Below are positions 19,631-29,816 of a stretch of 64,000 bases of DNA, piece after piece. Source of the stretch: an uncultured Gammaproteobacteria bacterium. GTDB lineage: Bacteria > Pseudomonadota > Gammaproteobacteria > Xanthomonadales > SZUA-36. The notes beneath the pieces were generated by a model. The model was not told the origin of the DNA. It was given only the letters and a program-made list of their open reading frames with translations, and searched no databases. Position numbers and translations under genes: made by a program. How positions within the stretch are numbered: position 1 is the stretch's first letter; each line of letters starts with the position of its first letter. The stretch spans positions 128,505-192,504 of the forward strand of contig CALOBN010000006.1 in NCBI GenBank assembly GCA_942491555.1, in the 5' to 3' direction.

Positions 19631-20761
19631 ATGAAGCAACCCCTGGTAAATACACTGCCTTCAGCCTGGTATCTTGAAGATGGACATTTCCAACGCGAGC
19701 TCGAAGCGATCTGGCTGAAGCAATGGCTGTTTGTGGGTCATGTGAGCGAATGGCCTGAGCGCGGAAGTTACCGGGTGTTGGCCGTTGGTAACCAGCAGTT
19801 GGTGGTTACCAGGGATCGCGAAGCGCAGTTCCATGCGTTCCACAATACCTGCCGGCATCGCGGCTCACGATTGTGCGAAACCAGTGCCGGGCGCTTCCGC
19901 GGCGGTCGCATCGTGTGTCCATACCATGCCTGGGCTTACGGCCTGGATGGCGGGTTGCTGTCGGCCCCACGCATGGAAGAAATTGAGGGTTTTGACAAGC
20001 GTGCGTATGGCCTGTACCGCATTGCGGTGACTGAGATTGACGGCTTTGTCTTCGTCAACGCCGGTCAGCCGCATAACGCGGTTGCGGGCGAAGCGTTGCT
20101 GGAAGGGCTCAAGCCCGTTCAGCCCTGGCCGACCCGCGACCTGGCCGTGGCCTACCAGGAGCAGCACGATATCGCCTGCAACTGGAAAGTGTTCTGGGAG
20201 AACTTCCTGGAGTGTTATCACTGCCCCGGGGTGCACCCCGAACTGTGTCGCATCGTGCCCTTGTACCGTGAAAGCGTCAGTCACCCGGGCGAGCTGCCTG
20301 ACGGGCATGCGTGGAAGAAAGCTGAGCATGCGCCGCGGCTCCGCGAGGGTGCCGTAACCTGGAGCCCGGACGGCAGCACGGATTTACCCTTGTTCAAGAG
20401 CCTGGATAAAGAGCAGCAAACTGCCGGTATGACGTTTGGTGACGCCATTCCCTCGGTCTACCTGGTAGGGCATGTGGATTACTTTCGCACGGTACGTGTG
20501 ATGCCGGTCAGCGCCGCCGTTACACAACTGACCGTGACCTGGTATGTGCACGCTGACACCCTGGCGACCTCCACGCCGGATGTGCAGGCACTGACCGCTT
20601 TCGCCCGGCAGGTGGTCATGGAGGATGCGCGGGTCGCCGAACTTAACCAGCAGGGTCTGGGCTGCCGGGTACATGAACAAGGCGTGTTGTCGCCCGCGGA
20701 AGGCGATGTGGCTGCATTTCAGAACTGGGTCCGCGACCGTCTTGAACTGTCCAAGGACTGA
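19631..20761 (+). CDS. Rieske [2Fe-2S] aromatic-ring-hydroxylating oxygenase alpha subunit family
   Basis: ATG 19631. Rieske motif CRHRGSRLC...CPYHAWAYGLDG, then a C-terminal catalytic domain with ENFLECYHCPGVHP. Confidence 0.85.
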   Translation: MKQPLVNTLPSAWYLEDGHFQRELEAIWLKQWLFVGHVSEWPERGSYRVLAVGNQQLVVTRDREAQFHAFHNTCRHRGSRLCETSAGRFRGGRIVCPYHAWAYGLDGGLLSAPRMEEIEGFDKRAYGLYRIAVTEIDGFVFVNAGQPHNAVAGEALLEGLKPVQPWPTRDLAVAYQEQHDIACNWKVFWENFLECYHCPGVHPELCRIVPLYRESVSHPGELPDGHAWKKAEHAPRLREGAVTWSPDGSTDLPLFKSLDKEQQTAGMTFGDAIPSVYLVGHVDYFRTVRVMPVSAAVTQLTVTWYVHADTLATSTPDVQALTAFARQVVMEDARVAELNQQGLGCRVHEQGVLSPAEGDVAAFQNWVRDRLELSKD

Positions 20762-20788
20762 GCTGTACATCACCGCTAAACATGTTGT

Positions 20789-22057
20789 TCAGTTCGCCGA
20801 TGCCCTTCGATCGCGGGCACGCTCCACGGCAGACACGACCGGCATCTGCACCACCAGGCTGAACAGCGCCACGCCGTAGACCGTCGACTGAACGGCATAC
20901 CAGTGGGGCATATCCAGGTCGAGGGAGAGCGCCAGCGCAATGGCGACGGCTCCACGGGTGCCCCCCCAGAATACGATTCGCTGGTCGTCAAAGGTCAACG
21001 GCCCGGGCCCGGACCACCGCATCGCCTTGAGACGTGGCAGCCAGGATAGAGGACCTGCACCAGCGAAAACGATCAGCGCCCGGGATAACAGGGCGGCCAG
21101 GATGCCAATCACCATGGCCATCCAGTGCTGCTCGAACATCCCGACCGTGAAGCTCATGCCCACCAGGAAAAACAGCATGGCGTTGGCCAGAAAGCCCAAT
21201 ACGCGCCAACTGTCGATGGCAAAGGCAATGTCTTCTTCGCGACGTTGCCGACGTTGACGCCAGGCGATGGTCAGACCCGCCCCGAGCGTGGTCATGACGC
21301 CGGAAAGCTCCAGCAGGTGTTCGCCGATCCAGAAGCTTGTGAACGCCAGGACGAGGGTCGAGGCGGTGGCGACGATCTTGTCGTTCGCCGGATCGATGAT
21401 CAAGTCAAATAGCCAGCCGAGCGCCACACCGAGCGCGGCGCCCCCGACCAGAACCAGCACGAACTGCCCCAACGCGGCGGGCAGATCGACCTCGGCCTCC
21501 GGCATGAGCAGCAGGCCCGACACCACGGCGAACAGCGTAATCGTGGTGGCATCGTTGAGCATGCTCTCCCCCTCAAGAATGTCGCGGGCGCGGCAGGGGT
21601 TGGCGAGGCCTTCCCCAGCGGCTCCGGCACCCGTGCGCCGTGCCGGGTCCGTCGCGCAGATCATGGTACCGATCATCAGGGCGATCACCCAGTTATCGCC
21701 GAGGGTCTCGCCCATGAGCGCGTAAATCAGGCCGGCCGAAGTCAGGGCCGCCACCACCAGCAAGGGCACGGCCAGCGCGCCGATCAGAAGCGCTTCGCGC
21801 CGCAACCGTCCTACCCGAATCGTAACGGCCGCCTCAAAAATAAGAATTGGTACGAGCAGGTAAAACACCAGGTCGCGCAGAATTTGCCAGCGCAGGCCCG
21901 TGTCCCGCCCGAGGGCCACCCAGACCTCCGAGGAAACAAACCCGGCCAGCACCAGAACCACGGGCAGGCTCACCCAGCGCTGGCGTGCCAGCGGCCGGGA
22001 CAACACGGCGGCCAGCAGGATGCCGAACATCAGGAATGGCAGGAGCGTATTGATCAT
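20789..22057 (-). CDS. cation:proton (Na+/H+) antiporter, CPA1 family
   Basis: ATG 22057; 422 aa polytopic membrane protein. Blocks ATDPA, ILEGESMLNDATTI and WGGTRGAVAIALA are typical of NhaP-type exchangers. Confidence 0.85.
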   Translation of the reverse strand: MINTLLPFLMFGILLAAVLSRPLARQRWVSLPVVLVLAGFVSSEVWVALGRDTGLRWQILRDLVFYLLVPILIFEAAVTIRVGRLRREALLIGALAVPLLVVAALTSAGLIYALMGETLGDNWVIALMIGTMICATDPARRTGAGAAGEGLANPCRARDILEGESMLNDATTITLFAVVSGLLLMPEAEVDLPAALGQFVLVLVGGAALGVALGWLFDLIIDPANDKIVATASTLVLAFTSFWIGEHLLELSGVMTTLGAGLTIAWRQRRQRREEDIAFAIDSWRVLGFLANAMLFFLVGMSFTVGMFEQHWMAMVIGILAALLSRALIVFAGAGPLSWLPRLKAMRWSGPGPLTFDDQRIVFWGGTRGAVAIALALSLDLDMPHWYAVQSTVYGVALFSLVVQMPVVSAVERARDRRASAN

Positions 22058-22187
22058 GACACTGGTGTGGGTTCCCTCGGGGCGCCGGGACGCACTAACG
22101 CCCGGTCGTTACGAGAACAACAGACCGGAGCGAGGCCGATTGTCTTGCGTCGACGTCCAACTGCCCGGGAACCGGCCGGTGCCGGGT

Positions 22188-24365
22188 TCAGAGAACTGGC
22201 TGATCCTGGTGTTCCTCGTACCAGCGCCGCTGCCGGGCAATATCGGCCTCCAGCTCCGTAAGGGCATCGACCCACTCGGGGGACTCGAGCATGCCATTGA
22301 GGACAGGCCCACGCAGCCAGAACCAATTGAATCGCCAGCCGTTGTCCATGGCTGTCCGCAAGGCTTTGATTGCGGCCGGAGCATCACCTCGAGTGGCGTG
22401 AATAAAGATGGGTCCGACACGCGGTGGTGGTTGCGTCTCGTGCCAGGCGAGCAGCTGGTCCATAAGGTAGTTGGCGCGCTCCCGTTCGCCCGTGAACCAC
22501 AAGGCCTGAGCCGCCATCCCTACCCGATTATCGTTTTGATCGGTGACCTCCACCGGATCGTTACCCGCCAGAGCGGAAAAGTGTTCATCGACGATGGCGC
22601 GCGCCGCTTCGAAGTCTCCCACATTCATGTAGTTGAAGCCCAGCCCGACCTTGGGCCCGTCAAAGGGATAGCGTTTCGCGATTTCATGCATCAGTTCCAG
22701 GGCTTTTTCCCGGTCGCCACGCAAACTGTGAAGGTTCATTCGCGCACCAAAGGAGGCCTCCGGAAAGGCCTCTTCGGCGGCATCGTAGCAGCGCTCGGCC
22801 TCATCGGCGTCCCCCAGGTGGGTCCACATGTTGCATACCTGGACCGCGGCATCGGCCGCCGTGGCATCGAGGCCGGCATAGGCGCGTACCCAGAGCATGG
22901 CCTCCCCAAGGCGACCCTCAGAGCCAAGAAAACCCGCTCGCTGCATATAAAGGTTCGGCAACTCGGGGGTGAGCTCAAGCTGCCGAAGATTCATCGCATA
23001 GGCTTCTTCACGACGCTGCACTGACCACAGCGCGGCCGCCTTGTTCATGCCGAGTATCGGCGCGTTTGGGTCGAGCTCCAGGGCCCGGTCCAATTTCTCC
23101 AGGGACTCCTCGTTGCGGTCGAGTTCCTGCAGCAGAACTGCGTACCAGTGCCAGGCCGTGGCGTAGTTTGGATTCAGTTCGATGGCCTTCTGATACAGCG
23201 TTTCGGCCGCGTCATCCTTGTCCTGGTCCTGGCGGAGATTCGCCAGGGAGGTGTAGGCCTCACCGCTGTTGGCGTTAAGCGCCAGCGCCTTGTCAAGGGC
23301 GGCCTGGCGTGGGGCATAAGAGTCGAGGACGTACAGCTCGCCGTAGTTGACCTGCAGTGACAGGGTGTCGGCGAGACCCACGTAAGCGAGGGTGTATTCC
23401 GGATCGAGCTCGATGGCTTTTTCAAAATGCGTCTGGGCGCGGAGCAACGACTCGTTGGTGCGCTCGGCCATTTCCTGGCGCCCGATCACATATTCTCCGT
23501 AGGCCTCGAGGCTGTCGGTGGGTTGTTCCGCCAGCCGCGAGCTCTCATCGTCGGTGAGCGTGGCGCTCAGGACAGTAACGATCTCCCGGGAAATCTCGCT
23601 CTGAATCGTGAACAGGTTCTCGGCGGTCAGGGCCCGGTCGTAAAACTCCGCCCAGAGGTGTTCATCACTGCCGGCGTCGATCAGCTGCACATTGATGCGC
23701 ACCTGGTCTGCGGAGCGCTGAATGGCCCCCTCGAGCACCGCACTCACGCCGAGCTCTGCGGCAATATCCGGAATGGACATTTCCGTATCACGGTAGCGCA
23801 TGACCGAGGTGCGTGAGATCACCTTGAGATCGCCGACCTTGGCAAGACTCGTGAGCAGGTCGTCGTGAATGCCCTCGGCGAAAAATGCATCTTCCTCGCG
23901 GCTGCTGCGGTTAGCAAACGGCAGGACGGCGATCGATTTTCGATCGGGCGTCTCCACGGTAACCGGGGTTTCGGGGGCCACCTCCTGAACGACTGCTGGC
24001 TCTGTCTCCTGGGAAAAGGGACGGTGCGACACTTTGTCCCAGGCGAAATAGCCGAGGGCAACCACCAGCACAACGATAATCGTCCGATCGAGCTTGCGGC
24101 CCGTGACGGGCGTAATGGAGGCGCTGCGATCGACCTCTTTCTCTTTCTTGAGTCCTTCCGGCGTGAGCTCGAAGGCCCAGGCAATAACCAGCGTGACGGG
24201 AAAACCCACGGCCAGCGCCAGCATAAAGACCTGCATGATCCAGTCAGGCGCGTTGATGTTTTCCAGGACCAGGTCGACGACCTGCAGGAGCAGCCAGGCC
24301 GTGATCAAATAGGCGATACCCACACGGAAGACGTTTCTTCTTTTCAGCTCTTCGAAGAACGACAA
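22188..24365 (-). CDS. membrane-anchored TolB-N-like / TPR repeat protein
   Basis: ORF 22188..24446. Preferred start is TTG 24365 (LSFFEELKRRNVFRVGIAYLITAWLLLQV), with GGAG 7 nt upstream. A TM segment, SIAVLPFANRS (TolB-N-like module), then about 400 aa of TPR units. Confidence 0.75.
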   Translation of the reverse strand: MSFFEELKRRNVFRVGIAYLITAWLLLQVVDLVLENINAPDWIMQVFMLALAVGFPVTLVIAWAFELTPEGLKKEKEVDRSASITPVTGRKLDRTIIVVLVVALGYFAWDKVSHRPFSQETEPAVVQEVAPETPVTVETPDRKSIAVLPFANRSSREEDAFFAEGIHDDLLTSLAKVGDLKVISRTSVMRYRDTEMSIPDIAAELGVSAVLEGAIQRSADQVRINVQLIDAGSDEHLWAEFYDRALTAENLFTIQSEISREIVTVLSATLTDDESSRLAEQPTDSLEAYGEYVIGRQEMAERTNESLLRAQTHFEKAIELDPEYTLAYVGLADTLSLQVNYGELYVLDSYAPRQAALDKALALNANSGEAYTSLANLRQDQDKDDAAETLYQKAIELNPNYATAWHWYAVLLQELDRNEESLEKLDRALELDPNAPILGMNKAAALWSVQRREEAYAMNLRQLELTPELPNLYMQRAGFLGSEGRLGEAMLWVRAYAGLDATAADAAVQVCNMWTHLGDADEAERCYDAAEEAFPEASFGARMNLHSLRGDREKALELMHEIAKRYPFDGPKVGLGFNYMNVGDFEAARAIVDEHFSALAGNDPVEVTDQNDNRVGMAAQALWFTGERERANYLMDQLLAWHETQPPPRVGPIFIHATRGDAPAAIKALRTAMDNGWRFNWFWLRGPVLNGMLESPEWVDALTELEADIARQRRWYEEHQDQPVL

Positions 24366-24623
24366 ATCACTGCTCCGGCCCCTTTTAAAAAAGAGTACGC
24401 GATCGTCGGTCCATGTGCCACTTTCTTTATGACAAAAAGGCGGCACGGTGGCTAAGCGACATAGGAGTCAGAGCCCTTTTCTGGCGGGATAGTGGGGCAA
24501 ATTCGTTCATTTAGCGCTTCGCTTACGCGGCGAAACGCAGCGAGGCATCAATCACAGGAACGCGATGCGCTAAACTTTCGTCTTTGTCCGTTTCCGCACC
24601 CGGAGTTACAAGCTTTGACCCTC

Positions 24624-27600
24624 ATGATTCGCTCGACGTTCTGCCTTACCCTGCTGCTCACCCCCTTCCTGTATCTCACGAGTGCCGATGCGGCCGACTC
24701 AGCCACCGTGGAAAAAGCCGCCGAGGGCCTGGCCCTGCGGAGTATCGGGCCGGCACTGATGGGCGGCCGTATCGCCGATATTGCGATTCACCCCGACCAC
24801 GACGCGCTCTGGTATGTCGCGGTCGGTTCCGGCGGCGTCTGGAAGACCGACAATGCGGGCACCACCTGGACGCCCATCTTCGACGAGCAGGGGTCCTATT
24901 CCATCGGTGATGTGACCGTCGACCCGGGTAACCCACGCGTGGTCTGGGTCGGCACGGGCGAGAACGTGAGCGGGCGCCACGTGGGCTGGGGTGATGGTGT
25001 TTACCGCAGCGCCGATGGCGGCGGCACCTGGACCCGCATGGGCCTGGAGAACTCCGAACACATCGGCAAAATCCTCATTGATCCGCGCGACAGCGACGTC
25101 GTCTACGTGGCGGCGGAAGGACCGCTTTGGGCCGCCGGCGGCGATCGTGGCCTTTACAAAACCAGTGATGGCGGGCGCAGCTGGGAACGTGTTTTGTACG
25201 TCGACGAGAACACGGGCGTCACGGACATCGCGTTTCACCCGACGGATCCTGACGTGATCTACGCAGCCACCTATGACCGCCGGCGTCACGTGTGGGGCTT
25301 CATGGCCGGCGGCCCCGGCAGTGGTATCTACAAGACCATGGACGGCGGGACGAGCTGGGCGCGCAAAACCGCGGGGCTGCCCGAAGGTGATATGGGCAAG
25401 ATTGGGCTGGCGGTCACCGTGGCGAACCCCGACCTGGTCTACGCGACCATCGAGGCCGATGAAGACAGCCGGGGCTTCTATCGCTCCGATGACCGGGGCG
25501 AGAGCTGGTCCCGGAAAAACGAATATATCTCCGGTGGAACGGGACCACATTATTACCAGGAAATCGTGGCATCACCGCAGGACGAAGACCTGGTCATCCA
25601 GATGGACGTGTTCTTTCGCATCACCCGGGACGGCGGCGAGACTTTCTCCGTGCTGGGTACCGGCCGCGAAAAACACAGCGACAACCACGCACTCTGGATC
25701 GATCCGGAGGATGACCGTCACCTGATCGCCGGCTCCGACGCGGGGCTGTACGAAAGCTTCGACCAGGGCATGACCTGGCGGCATTTTCCGAACCTGCCCG
25801 TTTCACAGTTCTACAAGGTCGCGGTCGACAACAGCCTGCCCTTCTACAACATTTTGGCCGGCGCACAAGATCTGGGCACGTTGTTTGGGCCTTCCCGAAC
25901 GATGATCACCGAGGGCGTACGCAACCAGGATTGGTACGTGCCACTGGGCGCTGACGGCTACAGCGTGGTGTTCGATCCTATTGATAACAACATCAGCTAC
26001 ATGGAATACCAGCAGGGCTACATGTTTCGGCACCACCGGGACAGCAATGAGGTGGTGCATATCCAGCCGCAACCGGCGCCAGGCGACCCGCCGGAGCGCT
26101 GGAACTGGGACACACCGATCATCATCAGCCCCCATGATGCTTCCCGCCTGTACGTCGGCTCACAACGGGTCTGGCGCAGCGACGATCGCGGCAACTCCTG
26201 GCGCCCGGTCAGCGAAGACCTGACGTCAAATCAGAACCGTTATGAACTCGGCTACAGCGGCCGCGTCTGGAGCGTCGATGCGCTGCACGACAACGGCGCC
26301 ATGTCCAAGTACGCGACGATTACCTCAATCTCCGAATCGCCGGTGCGCGAAGGGACAATTTTCGTCGGCACCGATGACGGCCGGATTCATGCCACGACCG
26401 ACGGCGGCGAAAACTGGCTGCCTGCGGCCACGCTGCCCACCGAGGGAAAACCTGCGTTCGTCAACGACATCGTGGCGTCGCTGTATGACGCCGACACGGT
26501 TTTCGCCGTGGCGGATTCACACAAACTCGGGGATTTTGCGCCGTATGTCTTCGTCAGCGAAAATCTCGGTCGCAGTTGGCGCTCCATCAGCGGCGATCTG
26601 CCCGGCGACACCATCGCCTGGGCGATCCAGCAGGATCATGAAAATGAAAACCTGCTGTTTCTGGGTGCCGAGCACGGTGCCTGGTTCACGCTCAACCGCG
26701 GCGAGAACTGGCACGAGCTCACCGGCGCGCCAACGATTTCGTTTCGCGACATCACGCTTCAGCGTCGCGACGACGACTTCGTCGGCGCCACCTTTGGTCG
26801 CGGCATCTACATCCTTGACGATTACTCACCGCTGCGCAGCATGGCCGATCCGTCCTTCGGCGCCGCCCCCGTCATTTTTCCGGTTCGGGACGCCTGGTGG
26901 TACGTGCCGTCCGTTCCCTCGCAGGCCGAAGGCATGCCGACCCTGGGCAGCGACAGCTTCCGGACCCCGAACCCCGACTTCGGTGCCGTGATCAGCTACT
27001 ACCTTCCAACCTCGCTGGAATCCAGTAGCGACCAGCGTAAAAGCGAGGAGACAACCCTGCGCGAAGCGGGCAAGGATATCCCCTTCCCTGGCTGGAGCCG
27101 GCTGGAGGAGGAAGGTCAGGAGAGTGCCCCGCGCGTGCTGCTCCTGGTTCGCGATGCCGGAGAACGTCCGGTGCGGTGGATCGAAGGTCCGGGCGCGAAA
27201 GGTACCCACCGCGTGGCCTGGGATTTGCGTCTCGCGCCCCCGGACGCGGTCGATCTGAGCCAACCGGGTTTCGTACCACCGTGGGTGGGCGAACCGCAGG
27301 GACCGCTGGTGGCTCCCGGCGCGTACTCGGTGCAGCTGTATTCCATGGCTGAGGGCGTGGCGACGGAGTTGGCTGATCCACAACGCTTCGAGGTCAAACC
27401 CGTTAGTGAGGCCCCCGACGGTATCGACTACGCCGAGGTCGCCGCTTTCCAGCAAGAGACTGCCGAACTCCGCAAACAGATCGCGCATGCCAGCGAAGAG
27501 ATCGAACGCACCCGCGACCTGCTGAAGCACATGCAGGCGGCTGCAATTGAAGCGCCGGACGCCGACCCGTCCCTGTTTATCCGTCTCGATGAATTTGGCG

Positions 27601-27872
27601 TGGCCCTCGGAGAACTTGCGACCCGGCTCTCCGGCGACCGCATACGCCAGGGCCTGGACGAAGCCGCCAGCCCCTCGATCGCAAGCCGCGCCTACAATGC
27701 CGCCAACAACTGGAGCCAGACACTGCCCGCGACCCAGACCCAGCGAGCCGACTTCGACATCGCCAACGAAGACTTCGCCGTTTTCAGCCAGGATTTGCAG
27801 GCGCTACTGGAAACCGAGCTGACCCAGCTCGAAGCGGACCTGTTGGCCGCCGGCGCCCCGAGCTGGCGATAA
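24624..27872 (+). CDS. sortilin/VPS10-like BNR-repeat exported protein (glycosyl-hydrolase-like twin propeller)
   Basis: ORF 24492..27872; likely start ATG 24624 (MIRSTFCLTLLLTPFLYLTSADA). At least 10 BNR-type motifs (SADGGGTWT, TSDGGRSWE, TMDGGTSWA, SDDRGESWS, TRDGGETFS, SFDQGMTWR, SDDRGNSWR, TTDGGENWL, ...). Confidence 0.8.
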   Translation: MIRSTFCLTLLLTPFLYLTSADAADSATVEKAAEGLALRSIGPALMGGRIADIAIHPDHDALWYVAVGSGGVWKTDNAGTTWTPIFDEQGSYSIGDVTVDPGNPRVVWVGTGENVSGRHVGWGDGVYRSADGGGTWTRMGLENSEHIGKILIDPRDSDVVYVAAEGPLWAAGGDRGLYKTSDGGRSWERVLYVDENTGVTDIAFHPTDPDVIYAATYDRRRHVWGFMAGGPGSGIYKTMDGGTSWARKTAGLPEGDMGKIGLAVTVANPDLVYATIEADEDSRGFYRSDDRGESWSRKNEYISGGTGPHYYQEIVASPQDEDLVIQMDVFFRITRDGGETFSVLGTGREKHSDNHALWIDPEDDRHLIAGSDAGLYESFDQGMTWRHFPNLPVSQFYKVAVDNSLPFYNILAGAQDLGTLFGPSRTMITEGVRNQDWYVPLGADGYSVVFDPIDNNISYMEYQQGYMFRHHRDSNEVVHIQPQPAPGDPPERWNWDTPIIISPHDASRLYVGSQRVWRSDDRGNSWRPVSEDLTSNQNRYELGYSGRVWSVDALHDNGAMSKYATITSISESPVREGTIFVGTDDGRIHATTDGGENWLPAATLPTEGKPAFVNDIVASLYDADTVFAVADSHKLGDFAPYVFVSENLGRSWRSISGDLPGDTIAWAIQQDHENENLLFLGAEHGAWFTLNRGENWHELTGAPTISFRDITLQRRDDDFVGATFGRGIYILDDYSPLRSMADPSFGAAPVIFPVRDAWWYVPSVPSQAEGMPTLGSDSFRTPNPDFGAVISYYLPTSLESSSDQRKSEETTLREAGKDIPFPGWSRLEEEGQESAPRVLLLVRDAGERPVRWIEGPGAKGTHRVAWDLRLAPPDAVDLSQPGFVPPWVGEPQGPLVAPGAYSVQLYSMAEGVATELADPQRFEVKPVSEAPDGIDYAEVAAFQQETAELRKQIAHASEEIERTRDLLKHMQAAAIEAPDADPSLFIRLDEFGVALGELATRLSGDRIRQGLDEAASPSIASRAYNAANNWSQTLPATQTQRADFDIANEDFAVFSQDLQALLETELTQLEADLLAAGAPSWR

Positions 27873-27894
27873 ATACCGGGCCGTGAACAACTGG

Positions 27895-27922
27895 TTTAAG
27901 GGGTCCGGTTTAAGGGGTCAGA
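27895..27922. repeat. tandem 14-bp unit TTTAAGGGGTC(CGG/AGA) x2
   Basis: Two adjacent 14-nt units. The reverse complement matches 29730-29757 at 22/28 positions. Confidence 0.7.
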
Positions 27923-28159
27923 GCCCCAAGCGTCAGATTTTCTGGTGTCGGCGTCAGACGTCAGAGTCAGTCCGAAGTATTTTGATCCGGATTGAAACTC
28001 ATGGTGATTATCCCCGACCGGCAGCGCGGCCATCGCCTGAAGCAGCTTAAAAAAACTTTAAATATGGATATGACCCCATAATCCCGTAGTGATTGTCACT
28101 TTCATGCCCGGACTGAACAGATCTTGCGGTACGATTGTCAGATTGAAGCCAGCGGAAAG

Positions 28160-28900
28160 ATGTTACTCATGGTTTTTTCAGAACAGCTCAATGCAGATGA
28201 GTTACGCCATGAGGGCGTAACAGTTCTGAGCGGTCTTTTTGACAAGCGTACCGTTGCGAACGCGAGGCGCACGGTCCTTGAGAACCGGGGCCTTTTCAAG
28301 AATACCCGGTCTGCTCCATCTTCCGGACATCTTGCCGGCTTTCATCGGTTCCCTGCACTTGAGCCCCTGCATACCTTGTTGACCGGAAATCAACACATCA
28401 TCGATTTTCTTGGCCATATGCAAAAAGACGGCGGAGTACGCAGCATCGGGCTGAGCGATATCACTATCAACCGCTCACAGCATTGGCATAAGGATCTGCT
28501 GCGCGGGCAATACAAAACTTACCTGGACGGGGTGCTTGATTGGGAAGCCGATGGTGGTGGAGTCTACAAGGTGCTTTTGTACCTGCAGGACAGCGCAAGC
28601 CTCAAATATATAGAAGCTTCGCACACTATCCCGGTTTCACTCGATAGTGATCACAGCGCGGAACCGGCTGAAAATAGTGTGATTAAAACGGCAAAGGCAA
28701 ATGCGGGCGACGTCGTTATCATGGATATTCGTTGCTCACACAGAGGCGCCAGTGACGCCGCTTATGCTGATGGCCAGTGGGATGAAAATCCCCGGATTTT
28801 GGTGTCTACCGTGCTTGGCGGGGTTGCCAGAAAGCTGACAGGTGCAATGGAGAGAGGCAATTTCCACCGCTTGTCAGACTGGATGAATCTCCATCCCTGA
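28160..28900 (+). CDS. PhyH-like Fe(II)/2-oxoglutarate dioxygenase family protein
   Basis: ORF 28124..28900 starts at TTG; ATG 28160 is preferred. HWHKD (HxD) and a distal IMDIRCSHRG (His) fit the facial triad spacing of phytanoyl-CoA-dioxygenase-like enzymes. AT-rich. Confidence 0.6.
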   Translation: MLLMVFSEQLNADELRHEGVTVLSGLFDKRTVANARRTVLENRGLFKNTRSAPSSGHLAGFHRFPALEPLHTLLTGNQHIIDFLGHMQKDGGVRSIGLSDITINRSQHWHKDLLRGQYKTYLDGVLDWEADGGGVYKVLLYLQDSASLKYIEASHTIPVSLDSDHSAEPAENSVIKTAKANAGDVVIMDIRCSHRGASDAAYADGQWDENPRILVSTVLGGVARKLTGAMERGNFHRLSDWMNLHP

Positions 28901-28937
28901 TGGAGTTGCGTGATGCAATCAAAAGAAGGTTGGTTCG

Positions 28938-29675
28938 GTGATAAAAAAAGTTGCCAATATCTTCAATATCATTCTCAGTGACCCCGTGTTGTTTCGACAG
29001 AAAAACAGCACGCTCGACCTGAATATTCAGTCCTTTAAGACCTGTTATCCCAGTGCCAGCTACACACTTTATGACAATAAATCGACACAAAAAATCATTG
29101 CCAGTAACTTTGACAGTGATGTGCTCGATGCCTACAACCGGCTGGTTCCCTATGCTTACAAAGCTGACCTGGCAAGGTACTGCATTCTTTATCTGAGAGG
29201 TGGTGTTTATTCAGACATCTCGCATCTTCACATCAACCCCATGAAAATTCAAAAGGATACAAAGCTGGTATTTTTTAGAGATATTGCTTTCATACATCCT
29301 TCATTTGCAGTCAGCAACGGGGTTATTTACGCAGAGCCCGGAGAACAGGATCTGTATAACATCATCAACAGAATTGTAGAGAACTGTCATACCCGGTTTT
29401 ATGGACATCACCCGCTTGATCCGACAGGACCGTATCTACTGGGAAAGTACGTGGCCCAGCTGGACAGCCAAAAGCATATCGTTTTTGGCGATTCAACGGC
29501 CATCGTAGTGGGCGAAAACCCCGACGCTGCCCAGAGACATATTATTAAATTCACACCAGACGGGAACCTCATTGCATTTCGAAACAAGCGCAATGATTCA
29601 TCTATCGATGAATTTATAAGAGGGGGCAACAGCTATGCGGATCTATGGAGAGAAAGGAAGGTTTATGGTGAGTGA
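28938..29675 (+). CDS. glycosyltransferase, sugar-binding DXD-region (GT32/OCH1/TcdB-like) family
   Basis: GTG 28938. LVPYAYKADLARYCILYLRGGVYSDISHL matches the P.....D..RY..L...GG.Y.D.D block, but with DIS in place of DxD. 33% G+C at 28921-28980. Confidence 0.65.
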   Translation: MIKKVANIFNIILSDPVLFRQKNSTLDLNIQSFKTCYPSASYTLYDNKSTQKIIASNFDSDVLDAYNRLVPYAYKADLARYCILYLRGGVYSDISHLHINPMKIQKDTKLVFFRDIAFIHPSFAVSNGVIYAEPGEQDLYNIINRIVENCHTRFYGHHPLDPTGPYLLGKYVAQLDSQKHIVFGDSTAIVVGENPDAAQRHIIKFTPDGNLIAFRNKRNDSSIDEFIRGGNSYADLWRERKVYGE

Positions 29676-29732
29676 CAACATTTGCGCAGCGGTGGTGTCC
29701 ATGTCTGGTTCTGCCTGGTGAAGGGTGACTCT

Positions 29733-29760
29733 GACCCCTTTATTCCGACCCCTTTATTCC
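29733..29760. repeat. perfect tandem duplication GACCCCTTTATTCC x2
   Basis: 29733-29746 equals 29747-29760. It lies between convergent genes and is the inverted counterpart of 27895-27922. Confidence 0.75.
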
Positions 29761-29816
29761 TGACTCCGGATATTCATCCTGAACACGCACGCTGCTATGG
29801 CGTCTATCTATGTTGG

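Noticed and set aside
21900-23024. Long ORFs antisense to or overlapping real genes (e.g. 21900..23024, 10312..11172, 17625..18353, 24699..25550, 26242..26991, 33739..34518, 36822..37664, 37674..38423, 41734..42534, 42854..43738, 47029..47754, 49997..50737, 52199..52951, 7747..8622)
   Set aside because: Their products are Arg/Pro/Gly/Ala-rich low-complexity strings with no motifs. Each is a shadow of a motif-rich gene on the opposite strand or another frame, which is typical of high-GC DNA.
27895-27922. Tandem 14-mers as a possible CRISPR or minisatellite
   Set aside because: There are only two units per locus, with no spacers and no cas genes. It is better described as a REP/MITE-like repeat.
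28481-28495. HWHKD in the 28160..28900 protein as a possible fifth PLD-type HKD motif
   Set aside because: There is no HxKxxxxD..GG/S.N context. The H-x-D plus a distal His fits a 2OG-dioxygenase facial triad instead.
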